A DNA stretch of 64,000 bases from Puia sp. Its GTDB lineage: Bacteria; Bacteroidota; Bacteroidia; Chitinophagales; Chitinophagaceae. Of the stretch, positions 48,258 through 57,971 are shown in pieces (the stretch's first letter is position 1; the number at the start of each line of letters is the position of its first letter). The position numbers were made by a program, and so were the translations under genes. The notes under the pieces were generated by a model, which made no database searches, had not been told where the DNA came from, and saw only the letters and a program-made list of their open reading frames with translations. The stretch is taken from positions 31,639 to 95,638 of the forward strand of contig DASZHV010000002.1 of NCBI GenBank assembly GCA_035937535.1, written 5' to 3'.

Positions 48258-48545
48258 ATGAAACTTTTTGTTGCGGGACTCCCTTATGATTTTGACGATA
48301 CCGATTTAAAGGAAATGTTTGAACTCTACGGTGAAGTAGTTTCAGCCAAAGTTGCCATAGACCGAGAAACACGCAAAAGCAGGGGCTTTGGATTTTTAGA
48401 AATGAGCGCTGCCCTGGAAGCAAAGGAAGCGATAGATGCTTTAAACGGAGCCAGACTACGTGGAGGTAAGGAACTCGTTGTCCGCGAAGCTGAAGAGAAG
48501 CCAAGGGATAGTAACAGCGGTGGTGGCTACCGGCCAAGAAGATAA
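48258..48545 (+). CDS. RRM RNA-binding protein
   Basis: RNP2 LFVAGL, RNP1 RGFGFLEM, Gly/Arg tail. Confidence 0.95.
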   Translation: MKLFVAGLPYDFDDTDLKEMFELYGEVVSAKVAIDRETRKSRGFGFLEMSAALEAKEAIDALNGARLRGGKELVVREAEEKPRDSNSGGGYRPRR

Positions 48546-48547
48546 TC

Positions 48548-49318
48548 CTAGTTATTCAGCCTTACAAATCCTCCATCAATCGGATAGTCAGTTCCCGTTA
48601 CGAACGAGGCTTCATCTGAACAAAGATATAATGCCAGTGCTGCAATCTCTTCGGGTTCGGCCATTCGGCCAATGGGTTGGGATGCAGATAATTTCATAAA
48701 CATTTCTTCCTCCAGACCTGGATAATTTTTTGCAATAAAACCATCTACAAATGGTGTATGTACACGCGCCGGAGAAATAGAATTGCACCGGATATTATAT
48801 TTGATATAATCTTTTGCGATAGAAATTGTCATGGCTGCAACGGCTCCCTTTGTCATGCTATATGCAAATCGGTCTGGCAAACCAACAAGAGCCGCTATAG
48901 ATGCCATGTTTAAAATCGATCCACCCCTTGCTTTCATATGGGGAATGCAGGCTTTTACCATATGATATACACCTTTTACATTTACTGAAAATAATTTTTC
49001 AAAATCTGCAACCGATGTGTTCTCTGCATTTCCGATATGTGCGATTCCTGCGTTATTCACCAGTATATCCGGAATTTGTTTACTGACAATCTTCTGAACC
49101 ACATTTTGAACAGATGATTCCTGATCTACCGCACAGTGAAAAAATTCAACGATACCAGATTCTTTCCTTATTTGTTCAACAGTTTCCCGCGAACCCATTT
49201 CATCAATATCGAGAAGGTAAACACTGGCTCCCTGTTTTGCGAACATCATGCAGATCGCTTTGCCGATACCACTGCCTCCTCCTGTGATAATAGCTGATTT
49301 ATCTTTTAAACTATACAT
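48548..49318 (-). CDS. SDR family oxidoreductase
   Basis: ITGGGSGIG, NNAG, YSMTK, NSISPARVHTP. ATG 49318 preferred over 49366. Confidence 0.94.
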   Translation of the reverse strand: MYSLKDKSAIITGGGSGIGKAICMMFAKQGASVYLLDIDEMGSRETVEQIRKESGIVEFFHCAVDQESSVQNVVQKIVSKQIPDILVNNAGIAHIGNAENTSVADFEKLFSVNVKGVYHMVKACIPHMKARGGSILNMASIAALVGLPDRFAYSMTKGAVAAMTISIAKDYIKYNIRCNSISPARVHTPFVDGFIAKNYPGLEEEMFMKLSASQPIGRMAEPEEIAALALYLCSDEASFVTGTDYPIDGGFVRLNN

Positions 49319-49489
49319 ATCTGAAGCTATTCTATTTTGCCGGCCCTTTTGTATCTTGTCCTTCATGCAAGCGATTCCTGCAATTGAAAAAATCTATAAC
49401 GTGAACATGAAAATACGGAATAAAGCAGCAGGGAAAAATAACCAGCCAGAACACATCCCCGCTAATAGCTGAAAAAGGGTATTGTTCCG

Positions 49490-49497
49490 TAAATTTG
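49490..49497 (+). promoter_or_regulatory. -7 box for the FAD oxidoreductase gene
   Basis: TAAATTTG, 16 nt before the ATG. Confidence 0.6.
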
Positions 49498-49513
49498 CAT
49501 TCCATTTTTTCCC

Positions 49514-52435
49514 ATGACGCAAAAGCTGAAAGATCTCTCTGCCCGGCTCGAAGGTGAATTTTATGTTGACGAAACAACGAGGATTCTGTATGCAACAGAT
49601 GCCTCTGCTTACCGGGAACTACCCCTTGCCGTTGCGGTACCTAAATCAAAAGAAGACCTGGTGAAGCTTATAAGATTTGCAAGGGAAAATCAGACTTCCT
49701 TAATACCAAGAACTGCCGGCACTTCATTGGCTGGTCAGGTTGTAGGTAAAGGAATTGTTGTTGATGTTTCTAAAAATTTTACAAAAATTATTGAATTTAA
49801 TATTGAAGAAGCCTGGGTGCGGGTGCAGCCAGGTGTGATCCGTGATGAACTGAATCTTTTTTTAAAACCATATGGTTTACTTTTCGGCCCTGAAACTTCA
49901 ACGGCAAACAGGGCGATGATCGGCGGAATGGTAGGCAATAATTCATGTGGTTCCAATTCGGTAGTTTACGGCAGCACGCGGGATCATTTAATGGAAATAA
50001 AGGCTTTGTTAAGTGATGAAAGTGAAGTCTTATTTCATCCGATGAGCCTGGAAGAATTTCATAATAAATGTGAAGGTGAAAACCTGGAATCTTCCATTTA
50101 CAAAACAACCCGAAGCCTGCTTGGCAATTATGATAACCAGCTAGGTATCAGAAAAGAATTTCCAAGGAAATCCGTTGAAAGAAGAAATACCGGTTATGCA
50201 CTGGATATATTATTGGATTCTGCACCCTTTACTGCCGGAGGACCCGATTTCAATTTTTGTAAACTGATCGCAGGTTCAGAAGGAACGCTGGCTTTTATTA
50301 CAGAAATAAAATTACACCTGGTTCCTTTGCCACCCATAGAAACCGGACTATTATGCGTTCATTTCAATAGTATAGATGAAGCCCTGCGGGCTAACCTGGT
50401 TGCGCTCAAATACAAGCCAAGCGCAAGTGAACTAATCGATCATTATATTCTGGAATGCACAAAGGATAATATAGAACAAAGTAAAAACAGGTTTTTTGTA
50501 CAAGGCGATCCCGGTGCAATTCTCGTTATTGAATTTAAAAGAAACAACCGGTCAGAGATTGAAAATATCGTAGGACCTTTAACTGAAGATTTGAAAGTTG
50601 CGGGCCTGGGTTATCATTTCCCTCTTCTATTTGGGGAGGATACAAATAAAATATGGTCTCTGCGAAAAGCAGGATTAGGGCTACTCGGTAATATGCCGGG
50701 AGATTCCAAACCGGTGCCGGTAGTGGAAGATACAGCTGTTGATGTCCATGACCTTCCTGCTTATATTAATGATTTTAACAAACTGCTTACTAAGTATGGT
50801 TTGCATTCTGTTCATTATGCCCATGCCGGCTCAGGTGAAATTCACCTCCGTCCCATCATCAATCTAAAGACAGAAGAAGGGAACCGAATGTTCCGGACTA
50901 TCGCAATTGAAATTGCCGGACTGGTAAAAAAATATAATGGTTCACTAAGTGGTGAACACGGAGACGGGAGACTGCGAGGGGAGTTTATCAAAAAGATGGT
51001 TGGAGAACATAACTACGAACTTTTTAAAATCATTAAAAAAAGCTGGGATCCTCAAAGCATATTCAACCCGAATAAAATTGTTGATACTCCGCCTATGAAT
51101 ACCATGCTCCGGTATACACCTGGGCAAGCAACTCCTGTTTTCAATACTATTTTCCGTTATTATAACCAGGACATTTTACAACATGCAGAACAATGTAATG
51201 GATCAGGAGATTGCAGAAAAACAAAATTATCGGGTGGGACCATGTGCCCATCATTCATGGCAACAAAAAATGAAAAAGATACAACGCGTGCAAGGGCCAA
51301 TATTTTGAGAGAATTTCTGACAAATTCAGAAAAGCTCAATCGCTTTGATCATAAAGAAATTTATGAGGTGATGGATCTTTGTCTGAGTTGTAAGGGATGC
51401 AAGTCTGAATGTCCCTCCAATGTGGATGTGGCCAAACTAAAAGCAGAGTTTCTTCAGCAATACCACGATGTACATGGAGTGCCCTTTCGTTCCAGGCTGA
51501 TTGCAAATTTCAACAGGACACAACAGATCGGATCCGTATTACCTGGTCTTTATAATTTCTTAACGGGTAATGCCATTACAAGCCGGATTATTAAAGGTAT
51601 TTCCGGGTTTGCCGTGGCCCGTTCCCTTCCCACCCTTTCGAAGCAAAGTCTGCAGAAATGGTATAATAAAAATTCAAAAGGAAAAAGTAAAAAGGAAAAA
51701 AGAATGGTTTACTTATTCTGTGATGAATTCACCAATTACAATGATACTGAAACAGGCATCAAAGCTATTCTCCTTCTTGAAAAACTGGGATACGAAGTTG
51801 TCATTCCAAATCATGAAGAAAGCGGCCGGGCATGGTTGTCTAAAGGGCTACTAAGGGATGCAAAGATAATTGCAAATAAAAATATTTCTCTTTTAAAAGG
51901 TCTGGTGAATAAAGAAAATCCTCTTCTTGGCATTGAACCCAGTGCGATTCTTACTTTCCGGGATGAATATGTGGACCTGGCCGATGATGAACAATTTGTT
52001 GCGGCCAAAGAACTATCAAAGAATGTATTTCAGATTGATGAATTTATCGCAGCAGAAATAAAACAGGGAAAACTGGATAAAAACTTATTTACAAAAGAAG
52101 CCCGCCTAATTAAACTTCATGGTCATTGTCAGCAGAAAGCATTGTCTTCCGTTTCGCACACTGTTACCATGCTCTCATTCCCCGAGAATTACAGGGTCGA
52201 AACCATTCCTTCCGGCTGTTGCGGAATGGCCGGCTCTTTTGGATATGAAAAAGAACATTATTCCCTCTCGATGCAAATAGGAGAACTGGTATTGTTACCC
52301 GCAGTCCGTCAACAACCCGATGAGGTAATTATTGCTGCACCTGGCACAAGCTGTCGTCACCAGATAAAAGATGGCTGTGGTAAAAAAGCGTTGCATCCGG
52401 TTGAAATTCTTTATGATGCCCTTTTAAAAGCTTAA
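49514..52435 (+). CDS. FAD-linked/Fe-S 2-hydroxyacid dehydrogenase (YdiJ/GlcD-GlcF fusion-like)
   Basis: YATDASAY, GTSLAGQ, GEHGDG, CNGSGDC, CLSCKGCKSECP, HGHCQQK, CCGMAGSFG. Confidence 0.93.
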   Translation: MTQKLKDLSARLEGEFYVDETTRILYATDASAYRELPLAVAVPKSKEDLVKLIRFARENQTSLIPRTAGTSLAGQVVGKGIVVDVSKNFTKIIEFNIEEAWVRVQPGVIRDELNLFLKPYGLLFGPETSTANRAMIGGMVGNNSCGSNSVVYGSTRDHLMEIKALLSDESEVLFHPMSLEEFHNKCEGENLESSIYKTTRSLLGNYDNQLGIRKEFPRKSVERRNTGYALDILLDSAPFTAGGPDFNFCKLIAGSEGTLAFITEIKLHLVPLPPIETGLLCVHFNSIDEALRANLVALKYKPSASELIDHYILECTKDNIEQSKNRFFVQGDPGAILVIEFKRNNRSEIENIVGPLTEDLKVAGLGYHFPLLFGEDTNKIWSLRKAGLGLLGNMPGDSKPVPVVEDTAVDVHDLPAYINDFNKLLTKYGLHSVHYAHAGSGEIHLRPIINLKTEEGNRMFRTIAIEIAGLVKKYNGSLSGEHGDGRLRGEFIKKMVGEHNYELFKIIKKSWDPQSIFNPNKIVDTPPMNTMLRYTPGQATPVFNTIFRYYNQDILQHAEQCNGSGDCRKTKLSGGTMCPSFMATKNEKDTTRARANILREFLTNSEKLNRFDHKEIYEVMDLCLSCKGCKSECPSNVDVAKLKAEFLQQYHDVHGVPFRSRLIANFNRTQQIGSVLPGLYNFLTGNAITSRIIKGISGFAVARSLPTLSKQSLQKWYNKNSKGKSKKEKRMVYLFCDEFTNYNDTETGIKAILLLEKLGYEVVIPNHEESGRAWLSKGLLRDAKIIANKNISLLKGLVNKENPLLGIEPSAILTFRDEYVDLADDEQFVAAKELSKNVFQIDEFIAAEIKQGKLDKNLFTKEARLIKLHGHCQQKALSSVSHTVTMLSFPENYRVETIPSGCCGMAGSFGYEKEHYSLSMQIGELVLLPAVRQQPDEVIIAAPGTSCRHQIKDGCGKKALHPVEILYDALLKA

Positions 52436-52663
52436 AGGTCAAAGCTTAAAGCCTAAAACTTTATTGATCTCTTAGGATCATTCGAAAAAATGGTGGATTA
52501 ATACCTGTAAAGCAAAGGTGGATGCTAAAATATATTTTAACTTACTTATCTTTTTACTTTAGGCTTTAGGCTTTAGGCTTTAGGCTTTAGGCTTTAGGCT
52601 TTAGGCTTTAGGCTTTAGGCTTTAGGCTTTAGGCTTTTTTACTTTTTACTTTTTACTTTTTAC
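52430..52663. repeat. Heptamer arrays: degenerate (GCCTAAA)x4; perfect (CTTTAGG)x11; (TTTTTAC)x4
   Basis: 52430-52457, 52557-52633 and 52636-52663, read directly. Confidence 0.97.
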
Positions 52664-52671
52664 TTTTCAAT

Positions 52672-53790
52672 ATGAACACAAGAAGGGAATTCATTCAGAA
52701 AATCAGCGGCTCCGCAATCGCCCTTTCCGTTTTACCAGGTTACCTGCCGGCTGCTTGTACGACTTTACCTGATGAAGTATACAACGGACCAGTACTAAAG
52801 GTCGCTATCCTGGGTCTCGGCAATTATGCAAACCGGGTAGCCGATGCAATGTTATCCTGCAAAAAGGCCAAACTTACCGGGGTGATTAGTGGAACGCCTT
52901 CCAAAATCAAAATCTGGCAGTCCAAATTCAATATTCCCGAAAAAAATTGTTACAACTATGAAAATTTCGATGCTATAAAAGATAACCCCGATATTGATGC
53001 GGTCTATGTAATCACACCAAATGCTCTCCATTCTGAGGAAGTGATCCGTGTTGCCAGGGCCGGCAAACAGGCGATTTGCGAAAAACCGATGGCTGTAAGT
53101 GTTAAAGAAGGTGAGGAAATGATTGAAGCCTGCAAAAAGGCAAATGTAAAATTATTGGTTGGTTACCGGATGCATTTTGAACCTCATACGCTGGAAATCA
53201 TCCGATTGAGGAATGCCGGTGAATTTGGAAAAATTGCTTTTTTCCAGGGCCTGTCTGGTTTTATTATTGGCGATCCGAATCAATGGCGACTGAATCCAAA
53301 ACTTTCCGGTGGTGGCTCGATGATGGATATCGGCATTTATTCGGTTAATGGTTCCCGTTATATGACCGGAGAAGATCCCATTTGGGTAAATGCGGTGGAA
53401 ACTAAAAACGATCCGGTTAAATTTGTCCAGGGAATTGACGAGACCATTCAATTCCAGCTGGGATTTCCAAACGGAGCCGTTGCATCCTGTCTTTCTACTT
53501 ACTCCATGAACTGGCTGGACCGGTTTTTTCTGGATGGTTCAGAAGGGTTTGCAGAATTGTATCCCGCTACAGGTTATGATCCCACGCAGGGACTTACCCA
53601 TAAAGGCCCTTTGAATTTCCCTTTTATACCACATCAAACGATACAGATGGATGAAATGGCTGCTATCATACTTGAAGGGAAGAAACCCATTTTACCTGTG
53701 GATGGAGAAGAAGCACTTAAGGATTTAAAAATCATAGAAGCGATTTATAAAGCCGCTCAAACCGGCAAGACGGTCAATTTAAAATTATAA
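52672..53790 (+). CDS. Gfo/Idh/MocA oxidoreductase (glucose-fructose oxidoreductase-like), Tat signal
   Basis: TRREFIQK; LGLGNYA; ITPNALH; ICEKPMA; GGGSMMDIGIY. Confidence 0.93.
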   Translation: MNTRREFIQKISGSAIALSVLPGYLPAACTTLPDEVYNGPVLKVAILGLGNYANRVADAMLSCKKAKLTGVISGTPSKIKIWQSKFNIPEKNCYNYENFDAIKDNPDIDAVYVITPNALHSEEVIRVARAGKQAICEKPMAVSVKEGEEMIEACKKANVKLLVGYRMHFEPHTLEIIRLRNAGEFGKIAFFQGLSGFIIGDPNQWRLNPKLSGGGSMMDIGIYSVNGSRYMTGEDPIWVNAVETKNDPVKFVQGIDETIQFQLGFPNGAVASCLSTYSMNWLDRFFLDGSEGFAELYPATGYDPTQGLTHKGPLNFPFIPHQTIQMDEMAAIILEGKKPILPVDGEEALKDLKIIEAIYKAAQTGKTVNLKL

Positions 53791-53795
53791 ACCGT

Positions 53796-54728
53796 TCAGG
53801 AAGCAAGACACCATTCCGCCGTTTGCCGGATTCCATCCTCATAACTTGTCGGTTTGAATTGGAATGCCTTTTCAAATTTAGAGGAATCAAATTCGTAAGG
53901 GAATTCAAATTGATAGAGCATTTCCTTCATTTCTTTCATGATGGGAACAAATAAGCCGACAATAGTTAATAACCATTTTGGTAAAACCTGAACCTTCGCC
54001 TTAGCATTCAAATATTTTGCTGAAACAGATACAAATTCATTGCTGGTCAGGCCAGGTAACGAACTGGGTAAATGCCAGGTCTGTCCATAGGCAGATTCGG
54101 TAGTTGCCAGTATATATAATGCTTTGGCAGCATCGGGAGTATAAGTATAAGTGTGAGTCTGATTTGCCCTAACGAAACATTGTCCCGCTTTTCCCTTTTT
54201 CAACCTGTCGAAAATCATAATATATGACGCACTCGTAGTCGTTGCACGCGGACCATAAAAATCAGCCGCTTTTGCAATTATAGCCTTGAGGCTGCCCGAT
54301 TTCATTTCGCTGAGCAGCATTTCATCTATCTCTGCCCGTACTTTTCCTTTTTCACTGCAGGGATTATATGGTGTCGTTTCTGTCATCTTTCCGATTACTT
54401 TTCCGTACATATATACATTATCAAAAAAAATCAGTTTCGCGCCGGAAGCTTTACAGGCATCGATGGTATTTCTCATTATAACCGGCCAGCTGCTTCTCCA
54501 TACTTTAATACTATATTGCAATCCCACCAATAAATAAACAATATCTGATCCTTTCACTGCCTGAAAAACCTGTTCCCTGTTTAACACATCCGCCTGGACT
54601 ATTTCTGCATCCCCTACGGGTTTTGGATTCCTTGAAACCAAACGTATATTCTGTTCATTTAATTGAAGAATAGGGATCAGTTCTGAAGCAATAGTTCCGT
54701 TTGCTCCCAGGATAGTATGAAGAGCCAT
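53796..54728 (-). CDS. NAD-dependent epimerase/dehydratase family protein
   Basis: ILGANGTI; FFDNVYMYG; AADFYGP. Confidence 0.88.
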   Translation of the reverse strand: MALHTILGANGTIASELIPILQLNEQNIRLVSRNPKPVGDAEIVQADVLNREQVFQAVKGSDIVYLLVGLQYSIKVWRSSWPVIMRNTIDACKASGAKLIFFDNVYMYGKVIGKMTETTPYNPCSEKGKVRAEIDEMLLSEMKSGSLKAIIAKAADFYGPRATTTSASYIMIFDRLKKGKAGQCFVRANQTHTYTYTPDAAKALYILATTESAYGQTWHLPSSLPGLTSNEFVSVSAKYLNAKAKVQVLPKWLLTIVGLFVPIMKEMKEMLYQFEFPYEFDSSKFEKAFQFKPTSYEDGIRQTAEWCLAS

Positions 54729-54978
54729 AAAATTATTTACTACAAATTTAAAGTTATATTCAATGTTTTGACTCCTGATATACTAATTCAAATAAAATAA
54801 CTTACACATATTGAAGCTCCGATTGAATTTCATTATTACCGATTGTAAAGGAAAGATGAGGAGATAATCTTATGGTCGGTATATTTATTCCTGATGAAGT
54901 AGTATTGTAGTAGGACCCTTTTCAATTTTGCATCCTATCTTTACAAATATTATTCATCCGGATAATTTAAATCCATTC

Positions 54979-55512
54979 ATGCCGAACAGACGCGTTGCCA
55001 TTCAACAATTACTCATGATCTGGGCCGGAGTCGCTCTCCTTCCCTCCTGTTTACAGAACGAAAAGAAAGTATCGATTCCGCTTAAACTCATTAATATCCT
55101 TCCGGAGGACGAAAACATGCTGGCTGAACTGGCTGAAATCATTCTCCCAAAAACAGATACACCAGGAGCCAAAGACCTCTCAGCCCATCTGTTTGCATTG
55201 AAAATGGTCGACGATTGTTATTCAAAAGCAAACCAGGAAAAATATTTGGAGGGAATGAAAGCGTTTGAATCTTTCATAACGAAAAAAACCGGTAAATCAT
55301 TTACGGAGCTAAGTCTTTCTGAAAGGCAGTCCATCGTAGCCGAACTGGATATGCAAAAACCTTCAGGCGATGCCCTCTCATTTTTCTATCATTCAACCAA
55401 GAGATTAACCGTTCAGGCTTATACAACCTGTGAATATTATATGACAAAAATCCGTGGATATAAAATGATCCCTGGAAATTTCCAGGGTTGTATTCCATTA
55501 AAAACTGCATAA
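54979..55512 (+). CDS. Gluconate-2-dehydrogenase subunit 3 family protein (Tat)
   Basis: MPNRRVAIQQ twin-arginine; EIILPKTDTPGA; QAYTTCEY...PG. ATG 54979 preferred. Confidence 0.88.
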   Translation: MPNRRVAIQQLLMIWAGVALLPSCLQNEKKVSIPLKLINILPEDENMLAELAEIILPKTDTPGAKDLSAHLFALKMVDDCYSKANQEKYLEGMKAFESFITKKTGKSFTELSLSERQSIVAELDMQKPSGDALSFFYHSTKRLTVQAYTTCEYYMTKIRGYKMIPGNFQGCIPLKTA

Positions 55513-55527
55513 TCTTAATCTAACGAT

Positions 55528-57237
55528 ATGGGCAATCTGAACGATGGCGTGAAAAGCAGGACCTATGATGCGATTGTGATCGGATCCGGTATGAGCGGTG
55601 GATGGGCAGCAAAAGAATTATGCGAAAAGGGATTGAAAACCCTTGTGCTTGAGAGAGGACGGGATGTTGTTCATCTTAAAGATTATCCCACTACCAATAT
55701 GTTGCCCTGGGAGTTTGAACACCGGGGTCAGGTTCCGGAAGCTATTCAGGAAGCCAACCCTGTGGTTAGCCGGTGTTATGCATTCAGGGAAGACGCTATG
55801 CAATTCTTTGTAAAGGATACAGAACATCCTTATGTTCAGGATAAACCGTTTGACTGGATCCGGGGTTACCAGGTAGGCGGCAAGTCCCTGTTATGGGCGC
55901 GGCAGACACAACGCTGGAGCGATTTTGATTATGAAGGACCTGCGCGGGATGGTTTTTCGGTTGACTGGCCTATACGTTACAAGGACATTGCACCCTGGTA
56001 CAGTTATGTTGAAAAATTTGCAGGTATATCGGGAAATAAAGACGGGCTTGCTGTATTGCCTGACGGTGAATTCTTACCCCCATTGGAATTAAGTTGTGTA
56101 GAAAATTACTTCAAAGATTTTATTTCAAAAAACTATAAAGACCGACATGTGATCTATGCGCGCTGCGCGCATTTGACAGAACCCAAACAGATACATTTGG
56201 ACCAGGGCCGCGGACAATGCCAGAACAGGAATCTTTGCCAGCGTGGATGTCCGTTTGGTGGATATTTCGCTGCAAATTCAACTACAATTCCCTGGGCTTT
56301 GAAAACAGGTAATATGACTCTTCGTCCTTTTTCAGTTGTGCATTCAATAATTTATGACGAAAAAAAGGGAAAGGCTTCCGGCGTAAGAGTCGTTGATGCT
56401 CATAGTAAGGAAGTGATAGATTATTACGCCAGAATAATTTTTGTGAATGCTGCAGCAATAAATACCAACCTCATACTTTTAAATTCAAAATCGAATCGCT
56501 TCCCTAATGGTCTTGGTAATGACGGAGGGATCCTTGGAAAATATTTTGCATTTCATAACTACAGGGGGCATATTTCGGCAGAATACGAAGGATTTATGGA
56601 TAGGACTACGGCAGGCGGAAGACCTACGAGTGCATATATTCCTCGTTTCCGGAATGTTCACAAACAGGAGACAGATTTTCTCCGCGGTTACGCCACCGGA
56701 TTTTTTTCAGGCAGGTTTAGCTTTCCCAAAGCGGATGGATTTGGTACAACTTTAAAAGATAACCTGGCTAGGAAGGATCCTGGTCCCTGGCGTGTGGGTT
56801 CTCATATGATGGGTGAAACCATTCCTAAAGAATCGAATTTCTTAAGCCTCGACCAGCATAAAACAGATGAATGGGGAGTGCCCCTCATTAAGTTCTCAGT
56901 GGATTATGACGAGAATGATAACAAGATGGTCAAAGATTTCTCCGATCAGTTAACAGAGATGTACACTAAAGCCGGATTTACGAATATCAAAACAGATGAC
57001 AGTCATCAGGCTCCGGGACTGGATATTCATGAAATGGGAGGTGCACGCATGGGAAAGGATCCGAAAACTTCCATTCTGAATAAATGGAACCAGATGCATG
57101 CTTGTGAAAATGTTTTCGTCACGGACGGTGCCTGCATGACTTCGACTTCAACGCAGAATCCTTCGCTGACTTATATGGCCCTTACTGCACGTGCATGTGA
57201 TTATGCAGTTTCCCAAATGAAGAAAAACGAAATTTAA
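55528..57237 (+). CDS. GMC-family flavoprotein oxidoreductase (glycoside/glucoside 3-dehydrogenase-like)
   Basis: IVIGSGMSGG...LVLERG; QCQNRNLCQRGC; IHEMGGARMG; QNPSLTYMAL. Confidence 0.93.
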   Translation: MGNLNDGVKSRTYDAIVIGSGMSGGWAAKELCEKGLKTLVLERGRDVVHLKDYPTTNMLPWEFEHRGQVPEAIQEANPVVSRCYAFREDAMQFFVKDTEHPYVQDKPFDWIRGYQVGGKSLLWARQTQRWSDFDYEGPARDGFSVDWPIRYKDIAPWYSYVEKFAGISGNKDGLAVLPDGEFLPPLELSCVENYFKDFISKNYKDRHVIYARCAHLTEPKQIHLDQGRGQCQNRNLCQRGCPFGGYFAANSTTIPWALKTGNMTLRPFSVVHSIIYDEKKGKASGVRVVDAHSKEVIDYYARIIFVNAAAINTNLILLNSKSNRFPNGLGNDGGILGKYFAFHNYRGHISAEYEGFMDRTTAGGRPTSAYIPRFRNVHKQETDFLRGYATGFFSGRFSFPKADGFGTTLKDNLARKDPGPWRVGSHMMGETIPKESNFLSLDQHKTDEWGVPLIKFSVDYDENDNKMVKDFSDQLTEMYTKAGFTNIKTDDSHQAPGLDIHEMGGARMGKDPKTSILNKWNQMHACENVFVTDGACMTSTSTQNPSLTYMALTARACDYAVSQMKKNEI

Positions 57238-57239
57238 AA

Positions 57240-57261
57240 GGCTAAAGCTTAAGGCGCTAAA
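57240..57261. repeat. Three degenerate GCCTAAA-type heptamers after the GMC stop
   Basis: GGCTAAA GCTTAAG GCGCTAA; same family as 52430-52457. Confidence 0.55.
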
Positions 57262-57314
57262 TTGCGTAACTTGTAAAAAAAGTTACATCGATCCATCATC
57301 TATATTTAACCCTT

Positions 57315-57968
57315 ATGTCCAAATTAAAGATTTCCATTTCAACGTTTATACTAGCCATCATATTCTGTTCATGCTCCAACTCGTCCATGCGCATTATGGC
57401 GACCTGGGTAAATAAGGAAGACAAGCCGGTTCCTCAACCTGGCAGGCACAAGATTTTTATTTTCGTTATGACACAGAATTATGATGTTCAGGTGAATCTG
57501 GAAAATGACCTGGCGGATGCCGCTCAGTCAAAAGGAATCAGAACGGTTAAGAGTATTGATGCATTTGGGCCCATTCTTACTTTGGATAAATTACCAAAAA
57601 ATGATGTATTGTTAAAAGCCATACGTGACCTTGGTTGTGACGGTATTTTTACTGTTGCGCTGGTTGACCAGGAATCAAAAACCCACTATGTACAGAGTAG
57701 TTCATCAGGAGCATTTGTCCCCTATGCTGGTTATGGATATTATTATAGCGGATACTATGCGTACAGCCCTTCTTTCTATTCACCCGGATATTACACAACG
57801 GATAAAACTTATTTTATAGAAAGCAACCTGTTTAATGCCGTTACTGAAAAAATGCTGATATCCATGCAGTCCAAAGTAGTGAATCCGCCGACAGCCATTA
57901 AAGCCAGCAAGCAATACACTCAAATGCTGGTGACCGAACTGCAGGCTCAGGGATTTATGAAAGACTAA
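57315..57968 (+). CDS. Hypothetical lipoprotein (DUF4136-like)
   Basis: Lipobox FCSC; Tyr/Gly-rich loop YYYSGYYAYSPSFYSPGYY. Confidence 0.78.
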   Translation: MSKLKISISTFILAIIFCSCSNSSMRIMATWVNKEDKPVPQPGRHKIFIFVMTQNYDVQVNLENDLADAAQSKGIRTVKSIDAFGPILTLDKLPKNDVLLKAIRDLGCDGIFTVALVDQESKTHYVQSSSSGAFVPYAGYGYYYSGYYAYSPSFYSPGYYTTDKTYFIESNLFNAVTEKMLISMQSKVVNPPTAIKASKQYTQMLVTELQAQGFMKD

Positions 57969-57971
57969 AAA

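Noticed and set aside
52557-52633. Possible CRISPR array (also the other short arrays)
   Set aside because: Units are 7-8 bp with no unique spacers, and no cas genes are present.
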